Source of the DNA: Patescibacteria group bacterium | GTDB taxonomy: Bacteria > Patescibacteriota > Minisyncoccia > Phycocordibacterales > PALSA-1337 | DNA length: 64,000 nucleotides | Direction of reading: 5' to 3' | Assembly: GCA_024654575.1 (NCBI GenBank) | Contig: JANLHG010000020.1 | Coordinates: 55,991 to 119,990, forward strand | Part shown: one piece after another, positions 38,067 to 48,824 of the stretch | Position numbering within the stretch: position 1 is the stretch's first letter | Layout of the letters: every line of letters starts with the position of its first letter | The notes under the pieces: model-generated | Seen by the model: only the letters and a program-made list of their open reading frames with translations | What the model was told of the DNA's origin: nothing | Databases searched by the model: none | Program-made: the position numbers and the translations under genes

Positions 38067-38214
38067 TTTGAAGGTTGGGCAGAGGAAGTAACACAAGTGA
38101 TTAGGATCTGTGATGAAATTGGTAGACATAATGATTTATCATATCATCGCCGTACAAGCATGCGAGTTCGAATCTCGCCAGATCCACAATTACTTCCTCT
38201 ATCCACTCTTCAAA
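38067..38214 (+). repeat. 25-bp inverted repeat enclosing tRNA-like element 2
   Basis: tttgaaggttgggcagaggaagtaa / ttacttcctctatccactcttcaaa. Confidence 0.88.
38104..38186 (+). tRNA. Non-canonical tRNA-like gene: anticodon ATC (Asp) on a Leu-like class II body
   Basis: GGATCTG/CAGATCC; ATG-AAATTGGTAGA-CAT; ATGAT-TTATCAT-ATCAT; 14-nt variable arm; GCGAG-TTCGAAT-CTCGC; A73. Confidence 0.8.
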
Positions 38215-38216
38215 TT

Positions 38217-38288
38217 TTATAAAGAACGAAAAATTACACCATTTGGGGTGTGAACTAATCTTTTTATTAGAATAGAATCACGTTTCAT
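38217..38288 (-). CDS. Conserved antisense mini-ORF (23 aa), copy 2
   Basis: MKRDSILIKRLVHTPNGVIFRSL; minus-strand TATAAT at 38344-38349. Confidence 0.45.
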   Translation of the reverse strand: MKRDSILIKRLVHTPNGVIFRSL

Positions 38289-38380
38289 TTTTATCACTAT
38301 TTTAAACAAACCGTATATATATGTCATACTATTACATGAGTATATTATACTAATCATTTAGACAGTTTATGATAAAAAAC

Positions 38381-38389
38381 TGTGGATAA
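38381..38389 (-). promoter_or_regulatory. DnaA box
   Basis: tgtggataa is the reverse complement of TTATCCACA. Confidence 0.55.
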
Positions 38390-38433
38390 CTATCCTATAT
38401 TACATTAACGAATAAATCAACTTTAGAACTCCC

Positions 38434-38832
38434 CTACTCGCTCACCTTTCCGTCGAATTCTTCATTGTCTTTTTCGGCTTCTTCTTTAGTGGAATGGACT
38501 ACACCGTCTCTGTGATGCGCTGGAGAGTAGATAGTGTAGAGCTTCAAGTCCTCTGTCGCCGATGTGTTTATGACATTGTGCTTCGCGCCTGTGGGTACCA
38601 CGATTGCCGAGCCGTCGGCAAGCGCGTATTCGTTGCCGTCTATGATGCACTTGCCCTCCCCTTTTTCTATTCTAAAAAATTGATCATTGCCAGTGTGAAT
38701 TTCTTCGCCGATTTCTTCGTTTGGTTTGAGGGACATCAAGACAAGCTGGCTGTGTTTACTAGTATATAAAACTCGGCGAAAATCTGTGTTCGCCAATGTC
38801 TCTTTTTCGATGTTTGCATTAAATCCTTTCAT
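38434..38832 (-). CDS. Cupin domain protein
   Basis: Likely start MKGFNANIEKET (38832); QLVLMSL..EEIGEEIH...DQFFRIE...HNVIN...LYTIYSP. Confidence 0.9.
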   Translation of the reverse strand: MKGFNANIEKETLANTDFRRVLYTSKHSQLVLMSLKPNEEIGEEIHTGNDQFFRIEKGEGKCIIDGNEYALADGSAIVVPTGAKHNVINTSATEDLKLYTIYSPAHHRDGVVHSTKEEAEKDNEEFDGKVSE

Positions 38833-38885
38833 GTTTTTTATTTTATCACATGCTACAATAATATCTATTATAATATGGTGGAGTT

Positions 38886-38957
38886 GCGCGCTTAGCTCAG
38901 TGGTAGAGCGACCCCTTGACGTGGGGTAGGCCGTGGGTTCAATCCCCTCAGCGCGCA
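38886..38957 (+). tRNA. tRNA-Val(GAC)
   Basis: GCGCGCT/AGCGCGC; ACCCC-TTGACGT-GGGGT; TTCAATC T-loop; A73. Confidence 0.95.
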
Positions 38958-39133
38958 CATTTATCTAACGACTTCTTGCAGTTTTGCAATACATCTCACG
39001 CAAACAGTTTGATTTTTTCGAGTTTTAATATATTTATTTCCACAAACACACACCAAAATCTCCGCGATAGTTTTTTTCTCTATCCATTTACCCATTTTTG
39101 AAAAAGGTTTTTGATGAATTGCCGGTTTCATAT

Positions 39134-40270
39134 TTATTCTATAAAAGTTAACGCCTTACCCTTTTTGCCAGCTCTCCCTGTTCTTCCAATTCTATGAATA
39201 TAATCGTCGTAAGTGGCAGGAATATCAAAGTTGATGACATAACTAACGTCACTAATATCGAGCCCTCTGGCAGCCACGTCTGTAGCTACTAAGATTTGAA
39301 CATGATTATCTTTGAAAAGATTTAAGGCCTTTTGTCTTCGTGAATGATTTTTATTTCCATGAATAGATTCGGCTTTAAAACCTTTTTGAGATAGAAGTTT
39401 TGATAGTTTTTCAACGCCGTGTTTGGTTCGTCCGAAGATAAGGACTTTATTGAATTCAGCTTTACTCAAAAGAGCTGAAAGCAATTCAATTTTATTACCC
39501 CCGCGAACATGAACAACATCTTGGTCAACATTTTTTGAAGTATCCCCTGTTTTGACAGAAATGGAAACTGGTTCTCGAAGAAAATCTTTGATAAGCGTCT
39601 CTATTTCTTTGGAAATAGTAGCTGAAAAGAAAAGTGTCTGACGAGTTTTGGGCATAAAAGACATCATCAAACGCATATCGTTTATAAAACCCATATCTAG
39701 CATTCTATCTGCTTCGTCAAGCACAACAGTATTAAATGAAGCGAGATTGATACATTTTCGTTCAACTAAGTCTTTGAGACGGCCCGGAGTTCCAATAATA
39801 AAATTATTATGATGTCGTAGAGCTTTTATTTGAGGAATAATATTCGCTCCTCCCACGCAACACACAGAAAAAATTCCTAACATCGGTGTAAAACCACGAA
39901 GCTCTTGTTCAATTTGAATAGCTAGCTCTCGTGTCGGCACCATAATGATAATATTTTCTTTTGAGTTTAGAAGGACTTTATTTATAAGAGGAATAAGAAA
40001 AGCAGCGGTTTTTCCAGTACCAGTATTCGCAATACCAACCACATCAGAACCCTTTAAAATGTGTGGAATTATTTTATCTTGAATAGGAGTCGGCTCTGTG
40101 TATCCTTTGGTAGTAATATTCTTTTTTAGTCGTCCATCAATAGCAAAATCCTCAAAGCGATGCTCTGGTTTAAAATGTTCTATTTGTTCAGTAATAACCG
40201 CTTTATTTATAAATCTAGAAGTGTTTATTCTCTGATTCTGTGATCCGCCACGTCGTTTTTGTCTGTACAT
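39134..40270 (-). CDS. DEAD-box RNA helicase
   Basis: TGTGKT, DEAD, SAT, HRIGRTGR. Confidence 0.95.
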   Translation of the reverse strand: MYRQKRRGGSQNQRINTSRFINKAVITEQIEHFKPEHRFEDFAIDGRLKKNITTKGYTEPTPIQDKIIPHILKGSDVVGIANTGTGKTAAFLIPLINKVLLNSKENIIIMVPTRELAIQIEQELRGFTPMLGIFSVCCVGGANIIPQIKALRHHNNFIIGTPGRLKDLVERKCINLASFNTVVLDEADRMLDMGFINDMRLMMSFMPKTRQTLFFSATISKEIETLIKDFLREPVSISVKTGDTSKNVDQDVVHVRGGNKIELLSALLSKAEFNKVLIFGRTKHGVEKLSKLLSQKGFKAESIHGNKNHSRRQKALNLFKDNHVQILVATDVAARGLDISDVSYVINFDIPATYDDYIHRIGRTGRAGKKGKALTFIE

Positions 40271-40327
40271 TTACCTACTATATATCAAAACACTTATTTT
40301 GTCAATCAACCGAAAGATATACTAAAA

Positions 40328-40417
40328 TTGACACTCGGAAAAATTTGGCGTGCAACTCCAAATTTATCCACATTTTTAGATTTTTTTCTTTGAAGTTAAT
40401 GCTTACGCTGATATAAT
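40328..40417 (+). promoter_or_regulatory. nrdJ promoter; repeated promoter element copy 3 with DnaA box
   Basis: TTATCCACA 40364-40372; TTGAAG-N16-TATAAT. Confidence 0.78.
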
Positions 40418-40451
40418 TTATTAAATTAATAGATTGATTAAAAAATAATAT

Positions 40452-42764
40452 ATGAAATCAAAAAGGAAATCTACAGCAACAGAGACAGTTGTAAAAAATA
40501 TTCAAAAAAGAGACGGTACTGTTGTTCCTTTTGATGTTCAAAAAATCACTAATGCTATCAACAAAGCAATGCTTGTTGCTAGCGAAGGTTCTTTAAAAGA
40601 AGCTGGAATGGTTGCGAATAAAGTATACGCAGATGCTGTTAGAATAACTAAAAAATATAAAAATTTCATACCGACTGTTGAAGGTATTCAAGATACAGTA
40701 GAAAAAGAACTTATTTTAAGCGAATATGTTAAAACTGCTAAACACTACATTATTTATAGAGAAGAAAGGTCAAAACTTCGGGAAAAAGGATTACGCGTGC
40801 CTGCAAAAGTCAAAAAATTAGCGGAAGATAGCAAAAAATATTTTAGAAACTCACTTGGAGAATTTGTTTATTACAGAACATATTCAAAATGGATTGATAA
40901 CGAACAAAGACGAGAAACTTGGATTGAAACTGTAGACCGTTATATGGCTTTTATGAAAGAAAATCTTGGTAATAAATTGAAAGAAACTGAGTACAAAGAA
41001 GTACAAGAGGCGATTTTAAAACAAGATGCTCTACCATCAATGAGATTACTTCAATTTGCTGGTACAGCAACCAGAACAACAAATGTCTGTGCCTATAATT
41101 GTTCTTTTATCGCACCAGAGTGTTTTCAAGATTTAGCTGAAATAATGTATGTTTTGATGTGTGGCACCGGAGCTGGATTTTCAGTTGAAAGTCAAAATAT
41201 CCAAAAATTTCCTCAAATCAATTTGCAAACTGGAAAAAAAATGCCAACTCATATAATTCCTGATAGCAAAGAAGGTTGGGCGGATGCTTTGGTTGTAGGA
41301 ATGAATGCTTGGGCTGATGGAAATGACATTGAATTTGATTTCTCACAATTAAGACCAGCTGGAGCTCGTTTAAAAACTATGGGTGGCAAGTCCTCTGGCC
41401 CAGACCCTATTAGAAAACTACTTGGTTTTACCAGAGAAAAAATGATTGCAAGACAAGGAAAGCGTTTAAGAAATATTGATGTGCACGATATCATTTGTAT
41501 GATTGGTGAATGTGTTGTGGCGGGTGGAGTCAGAAGAAGTGCTTTAATTTCCCTATCAGATTTAGATGATAATGACATAAGAGATGCAAAAAAGGGTGCT
41601 TTCTACAATACAGAACCACAAAGAATGCTTTCAAATAACTCTGCTGTCTACATGCAAAAGCCATCAAGTGCTGAATTTATGGAAGAATGGATAGCTCTTA
41701 TGAAATCAGGTTCTGGAGAAAGAGGAATATTTAACCGTGGTTCATTAGCCAAAACATTACCAGAAAGAAGAATAAAAGTTTTGAAAGAATACAAAAATTA
41801 TTTTGACGCATCTGGCACAACAATTATCGGTTCAATTGGTACGAATCCTTGTGGAGAAATAATTTTGCAATCAAAACAATTCTGTAATCTTACAAATGTT
41901 GTAGCGAGAGCTGGCGATACAGAAGATGCTCTTTTGAAAAAAATTAAAATAGCTACAATTATCGGAACTTATCAGTCTACTTTAACTAATTTTCCATATT
42001 TATCTAAGGGTTGGAAAATAAATTGTGATAAAGAAAGATTGCTTGGAATTGGTCTGGCTGGACAATGGGATTGTGATGTCGTGAGAAAGCCAGAAATACT
42101 TGAAAAACTAAAAAAGGAAACTATTAAAGTAAATAAAGTTTATGCTAAGAAATTTGGAGTCAGTGAATCCACTGCTATAACTTGTGTAAAACCAGATGGA
42201 AATTCTTCACAAACTTTTGATTATTCTTCAGGAATGCATCCGCGACATTCAAAATACTACATTAGAAGAGTGAGAATTGCGGCCACTGATTCCCTATTTA
42301 AAATGCTTCGAGATCAAGGTGTACCATATTTCCCAGAAGTGGGACAATCTCTTGAAAACGCCACAACCTATGTATTAGAATTCCCAGTTAAAGCTCCATC
42401 AGGGTCAATTTTTAAAGAAGATTTAACTGCCATAGACCAACTTGAGCATTGGAAAATGGTAAAGATAAACTATACCGAACACAATCCTTCAGTGACTATA
42501 TCGGTTGGAGATGATGAATGGATAGAAGTAGCAAATTGGGTTTATAAAAATTGGGATATGATTGGTGGACTTTCTTTTCTTCCAAGAGAAAAGCATATTT
42601 ATCAACTCGCTCCATATGAAAAAATTGATGAGAAAAGATATCTTGAATTATCAGAAAGATTTAAAGATTTAGATTATTCAAAAATAATAACTTACGAAAA
42701 AACAAACGAACTTAATGTCAAGAAAGAGCTTGCTTGCGTAGCTGGTGTTTGCGATATAATGTAA
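40452..42764 (+). CDS. nrdJ: Class II (B12-dependent) ribonucleotide reductase with ATP cone
   Basis: IQKRDG ATP cone; GGVRRSA; TNPCGEI; C-terminal CVAGVC. Confidence 0.92.
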   Translation: MKSKRKSTATETVVKNIQKRDGTVVPFDVQKITNAINKAMLVASEGSLKEAGMVANKVYADAVRITKKYKNFIPTVEGIQDTVEKELILSEYVKTAKHYIIYREERSKLREKGLRVPAKVKKLAEDSKKYFRNSLGEFVYYRTYSKWIDNEQRRETWIETVDRYMAFMKENLGNKLKETEYKEVQEAILKQDALPSMRLLQFAGTATRTTNVCAYNCSFIAPECFQDLAEIMYVLMCGTGAGFSVESQNIQKFPQINLQTGKKMPTHIIPDSKEGWADALVVGMNAWADGNDIEFDFSQLRPAGARLKTMGGKSSGPDPIRKLLGFTREKMIARQGKRLRNIDVHDIICMIGECVVAGGVRRSALISLSDLDDNDIRDAKKGAFYNTEPQRMLSNNSAVYMQKPSSAEFMEEWIALMKSGSGERGIFNRGSLAKTLPERRIKVLKEYKNYFDASGTTIIGSIGTNPCGEIILQSKQFCNLTNVVARAGDTEDALLKKIKIATIIGTYQSTLTNFPYLSKGWKINCDKERLLGIGLAGQWDCDVVRKPEILEKLKKETIKVNKVYAKKFGVSESTAITCVKPDGNSSQTFDYSSGMHPRHSKYYIRRVRIAATDSLFKMLRDQGVPYFPEVGQSLENATTYVLEFPVKAPSGSIFKEDLTAIDQLEHWKMVKINYTEHNPSVTISVGDDEWIEVANWVYKNWDMIGGLSFLPREKHIYQLAPYEKIDEKRYLELSERFKDLDYSKIITYEKTNELNVKKELACVAGVCDIM

Positions 42765-43150
42765 AAATTAATCCAGATACTAACAAAAGTGAAGTAAAAG
42801 CTGAAAACATACAATACAAACAAATAGCTTTCAATATTTCTATTTGCACATACACAAAATATAGAGATGAAATAAATCCAATTGGTATTAGTATTTTTAT
42901 TATTCTATAAAATAAAACTTTTGGATTAGTAATTAAAGCTACTGAACACAAAAATATTATTAAATAGTAAATTGCTCCCATCAGAGCTACCGGTACTCCA
43001 GCAATGACAGAATAAGAGCTTGTAGTGACAATTTCACATCCTTTAACCAAAGAACAAGGCGGTATCTTCCCAAGAAAATGTTCTATGCTCAAATAACTTG
43101 CATCTATAAAACCAAGAAAAGAAAGGATTAAAAAATAAAGACCGAGTTTT

Positions 43151-43170
<20 letters not shown>
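42718..43170 (-). CDS. Vitamin K epoxide reductase family protein
   Basis: C..C.IVTTSSYS..GVPVA; CLYC. Confidence 0.9.
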
Positions 43171-45029
<1,859 letters not shown>

Positions 45030-45057
45030 TTAGCAGAATATTATAAAAATTGAAATA

Positions 45058-45098
45058 AAAATACTCCGAGAGGTTTGACCCTCCCGGAGTAGTATTTG
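45058..45098 (-). terminator. Terminator after purM
   Basis: tactccgagagg/cctcccggagta hairpin next to an A-run. Confidence 0.65.
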
Positions 45099-45116
45099 AA
45101 ACGAGGAACTTTGAGA

Positions 45117-46226
45117 TCATCGAACCGCCAGTGTCTCGCCGGCATACTCGAGATTCTTCGGCTTGATGACGACTTTCTTGTCGCCGTCTTCGATGTGTCC
45201 CGCCAAGAATGCACGCAGACCGAGTTTCTTTGCAACATCAATCACTTGGGTCGCTTGCGCTTCGGTCACGTAGAGCGCAAACCCAGCGCCCATGTTGAGA
45301 TTGCCGTAGGCTTCCTCGTCATCGACAGGTCCATGCTTTTGCAGGAAATCAAAGATCGGAAGCTGTGTCGGAAGTTTTTCTATCACGTAGGTGAATGGCT
45401 GTGTCGCCCGCATGAGCTTGCGCCATCCGTGACCCGTGATATTGACCGTGTAGTGAATGTTTCCACCATAATCAAGATTGAGACAATCCTCTACCAAGCC
45501 CACGTAGATATGAGTCGGATCGAGGAGCGTTTCGCCGTAGGTCCGGTCGTCGGAGAGTTTCGTGAGATACCCTTCCGGCAGTTTGTCAGCAATCTTCCGC
45601 GCCAGAGTGAGTCCGTTGGCATGAATGCCGGAACTCTCGATGAGAACGATTGCATCGCCGTGCTGAATCGGACCAGCAATGAGACGCTCCTTCGGTTTGA
45701 CGATACCAATCGCCGAACCGGAGAGCACGACTGCTTCCGGAACCACGACACCCTTGAGAGTCGGCGTTTCGCCTCCACCCCAGGTGCAACGTGCCAGGTT
45801 ACAGGCATTCTTCCAGCCAGTGACAAGATCGCCTGTGCGTTTATCATCATTGAACCAGTCGGAAGTGCCGACCGCCAGATGCATCGCCACAGATAGTGGC
45901 AGTGCGCCAAGCGTGACCAGATCGTTGACAATCATGGCAACTGTGCATTGCGCGATCTGATCGTAATACGATTTGCCGGTGAGGGCATACATCGCATCAG
46001 CAACCAGATTCTTGGTGCCAAGTCCTTCCTCGACGTGGGCGAAGTAGCTTTTGGCCGCCTCGATCAGATAGGCGCTTTCGCCTCTCGAAGGTTCGAATTC
46101 CCGGAACTCCCCACCATTGAGGCGATTGATGTTTCCAGAAGTTTCTCGCGCAGCAAGCTGTGCCATCCGTTTGAATGGGTCCATGGCATCGTAATTGACA
46201 CCGGTACCCGCATAGGTCATGTTCAT
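45117..46226 (-). CDS. purM: Phosphoribosylformylglycinamidine cyclo-ligase (AIR synthase)
   Basis: TYAGTGV, GLGTK, VNDL, GGETP, SSGIHANG, ITGHG, NMGAG. Confidence 0.88.
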   Translation of the reverse strand: MNMTYAGTGVNYDAMDPFKRMAQLAARETSGNINRLNGGEFREFEPSRGESAYLIEAAKSYFAHVEEGLGTKNLVADAMYALTGKSYYDQIAQCTVAMIVNDLVTLGALPLSVAMHLAVGTSDWFNDDKRTGDLVTGWKNACNLARCTWGGGETPTLKGVVVPEAVVLSGSAIGIVKPKERLIAGPIQHGDAIVLIESSGIHANGLTLARKIADKLPEGYLTKLSDDRTYGETLLDPTHIYVGLVEDCLNLDYGGNIHYTVNITGHGWRKLMRATQPFTYVIEKLPTQLPIFDFLQKHGPVDDEEAYGNLNMGAGFALYVTEAQATQVIDVAKKLGLRAFLAGHIEDGDKKVVIKPKNLEYAGETLAVR

Positions 46227-46317
46227 TCTTAATCTCCTATATTTTGTTGTTTTTGTTCTTTGTTTTTTTGATTCTACTAACAGATTAATTCAAATAAATA
46301 TTAAAGTCAATAAAAAA

Positions 46318-46761
46318 TTAATTCTGAACATCTACAATTTCAACATCAAAAGTCAAAGTAGCGTTTGCTGGAATAATTGGTGGAAATCCTTGAGAACCAT
46401 AACCTTTTTCTGGAGGAATAACTAAATGTTTTGTCTCTCCCACTTTCATTCCAATCAATCCTTCATCCCAACCTTGAATAACTTGTCCAATACCAAGAGT
46501 AAATTTAATCGGACCATGATTAGCTGAAGTATCAAAAACTGTTCCATCTTCCAATTTACCAACATAATTAACAGTTACTACTGAACCCTGTTTTGCTAAG
46601 TTAGTATTAGCATTATCGTTATTAACTACCTCTTTTACTTCGTTATTATTGTTTTGTTCATTTATATTCATAGAAGGTTTTTTTGATGATAAAAAATAAT
46701 AAAAAAATCCAAAAATTACTACAATTGAAACTACTACCGCTACCCATTGATTTGTTTTCAT
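46318..46761 (-). CDS. FKBP-type peptidyl-prolyl isomerase
   Basis: VNYVGKLEDGTVFD...VIQGWDEG...IPANATLTFDVE. Confidence 0.95.
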   Translation of the reverse strand: MKTNQWVAVVVSIVVIFGFFYYFLSSKKPSMNINEQNNNNEVKEVVNNDNANTNLAKQGSVVTVNYVGKLEDGTVFDTSANHGPIKFTLGIGQVIQGWDEGLIGMKVGETKHLVIPPEKGYGSQGFPPIIPANATLTFDVEIVDVQN

Positions 46762-46811
46762 ACTCTATGTTTTTTATAGCTATTAAAAATAATTACTGAT
46801 ATTATAGCACA

Positions 46812-47537
46812 ATGATGGAAATAGATGCAAAATATCCAATTCGTATAAACAGATATTTATCGCTTAAAAATTATGCGACTCGAAAAGGTGCGGATGAATT
46901 AATTAAACAAGGTCTCGTAACTATAAATGGAAAAATAGCAGTCCTCGGTGATAAAGTGCAAGAAAATGATAAAGTTGAAGTAAATGAAGAATTGAGAAAT
47001 GAAATAAAACACAGGACATATCTTGCCTATAATAAACCAGCTGGAATTGTCACTTCCCTACCCCAAGGAAATGAAAAAAGTATAGAAGATGTTACCCATT
47101 TTCCTAAAAAGGTTTTTCCTATTGGACGATTAGATAAAGATTCACATGGATTAATTATATTAACTGATGACGGTAGAATTACCGATAAACTACTAAATCC
47201 TAAATATATTCATGAAAAAGAATATGTTGTTCAAGTACATAAAGAAATGACACCTAAATTTTTAAAAAAAATGGAAACAGGCGTCAAACTTGATGATAAT
47301 TATATCACTAAACCATGTGAAGTGTATAGAATGACCAAAAATAAATTTAGAATAATAATCACCGAAGGTAAAAAAAGGCAAATTAGAAGAATGTGTCTTG
47401 CTCAAGGATATGAAGTCATGGACCTTTGTCGTATAAGAATTATGAATATTCAACTTTCTGATATAGGTGAAGGAGAATCTAGAAAAATAAAAGGCAAAAT
47501 GTTAGAGGTTTTTTTAGAGGGATTGGGTATGATATAA
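46812..47537 (+). CDS. rRNA pseudouridine synthase (RluF/RluB family)
   Basis: S4 domain; GRLDKDSHGL; EGKKRQIRRM. Confidence 0.93.
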   Translation: MMEIDAKYPIRINRYLSLKNYATRKGADELIKQGLVTINGKIAVLGDKVQENDKVEVNEELRNEIKHRTYLAYNKPAGIVTSLPQGNEKSIEDVTHFPKKVFPIGRLDKDSHGLIILTDDGRITDKLLNPKYIHEKEYVVQVHKEMTPKFLKKMETGVKLDDNYITKPCEVYRMTKNKFRIIITEGKKRQIRRMCLAQGYEVMDLCRIRIMNIQLSDIGEGESRKIKGKMLEVFLEGLGMI

Positions 47538-47553
47538 TAAAATTATTCACAAT

Positions 47554-47940
47554 ATGCAAAAAGATTTTAATGGGTGGAATAAAAAAAAGAAAAAAATGCA
47601 TAATCGGGAAGATACTCCATTTTTTCATACGAGAGAAATTTGGTGGTGTTCTCTAGGAGTTAATATCGGTTTTGAACAAGATGGTACTGGTGAAAACTTT
47701 TACAGACCCGTACTTATTTTAAAAGGTATGAGCAAAGAAACATGTTTTGTAATACCGCTTACCACTTCAGATAAAAGGCATAAGTTTCGTCCATCAATTG
47801 GTATTGTAGATGGAAAAGAAGCTAAAGCATTACTTTCTCAAATGCGTCTAATTGATGCCAAAAGATTAATACGAAAAATGGAATATCTAGATGAAAAGAT
47901 TTTTGAACGCATAAGAAAAACCATCAAAGAAATGCTTTGA
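47554..47940 (+). CDS. PemK/MazF family toxin
   Basis: WWCSLGVNIGFEQDG...RPVLIL...IPLTT...SQMRLID.KRL. Confidence 0.88.
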   Translation: MQKDFNGWNKKKKKMHNREDTPFFHTREIWWCSLGVNIGFEQDGTGENFYRPVLILKGMSKETCFVIPLTTSDKRHKFRPSIGIVDGKEAKALLSQMRLIDAKRLIRKMEYLDEKIFERIRKTIKEML

Positions 47941-47995
47941 TGGTTTTTCTCTGTTTGCCTCTTGCGAGGCGAGCCCGAAGGCACTTGTATCTAAA
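47915..47995 (+). ncRNA. Structured element overlapping and following the pemK stop
   Basis: gaaaaaccatcaaag/ctttgatggtttttc; gcctc-ttgc-gaggc; gcc-cgaa-ggc. Confidence 0.5.
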
Positions 47996-48168
47996 GGATA
48001 GCAAATACTGAGTAATAACACAAGTATTGTAAGATGGTAGCACTTTTTCGTCAGTAGTATGCGATCAACTTTCGAGATTGAATGTATAATCTCGGCTTCA
48101 CAGCAATGTGGAGCTTTTTTATTTTAAAGTTTGTAATCAAATTTGAGGGATGTTATACTTTACCAATC

Positions 48169-48822
48169 ATGAACGAAAATACACAAAATAATCAAACAGC
48201 AGAAACAAGAATTACGGAAATAAATGATGAATTTAAGAGAGGTTTTGCGTTTATAAAAAATTATGAAAAATCGGCATCATTTTTTGGTTCTGCTAGAACA
48301 AAAGAAGATTCTGATAACTATAAATTCGCTTATAAATTAGCAAAAAGAATTTCAGAAGAACTAAAATATACGATTGTGACTGGAGGTGGTCCTGGAATAA
48401 TGGAAGCAGCAAATAAAGGAGCTTTTGACTCTGGAGGTAATTCTCTTGGTATGACAATCAAACTTCCAAGAGAACAAGCTGTTAATCCTTACGTTCAAAA
48501 AAGTGAAGAGTTTTACTATTTTTTTGTCAGAAAAGTGATGCTCTCTTTTTCCGCTGAAGCTTACATTTTCTTTCCTGGAGGGTTTGGAACAATGGATGAA
48601 TTTTTTGAAATATTAACTCTAGTTCAAACACATAAAATTCCTCAAGTGCCTATTATTCTCGTAGGAAAAGAATATTGGGAACCGCTAGAAAATTATTTAA
48701 AACAACATCTCCTAGATGAACACAAAGCTATTGGAGTTAATGATTTAAAACTCTATACTATTACTGATGATGAAGAAGAAATTATGAAAATTGTCCGAGA
48801 AGCTCCAATTAGAAAAGAATAA
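48169..48822 (+). CDS. LOG family protein (TIGR00730)
   Basis: FFGSAR, TGGGPGIMEAAN, FPGGFGTMDE. Confidence 0.92.
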   Translation: MNENTQNNQTAETRITEINDEFKRGFAFIKNYEKSASFFGSARTKEDSDNYKFAYKLAKRISEELKYTIVTGGGPGIMEAANKGAFDSGGNSLGMTIKLPREQAVNPYVQKSEEFYYFFVRKVMLSFSAEAYIFFPGGFGTMDEFFEILTLVQTHKIPQVPIILVGKEYWEPLENYLKQHLLDEHKAIGVNDLKLYTITDDEEEIMKIVREAPIRKE

Positions 48823-48824
48823 GA

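Noticed and set aside
18253-38186. The tRNA-like genes as attL/attR duplicates of an integration-site tRNA
   Set aside because: The two cloverleaves differ from each other and from tRNA-Val; the flanks are what is duplicated, and both are full length
38833-38958. N-terminal extension of the cupin ORF (MRAEGIEPTAYP...)
   Set aside because: It is the antisense reading of tRNA-Val; the likely start is ATG 38832
45096-46232. Long alternative ORFs (266 aa and others) overlapping purM
   Set aside because: Shadow frames caused by high GC; purM motifs are clear on the minus strand
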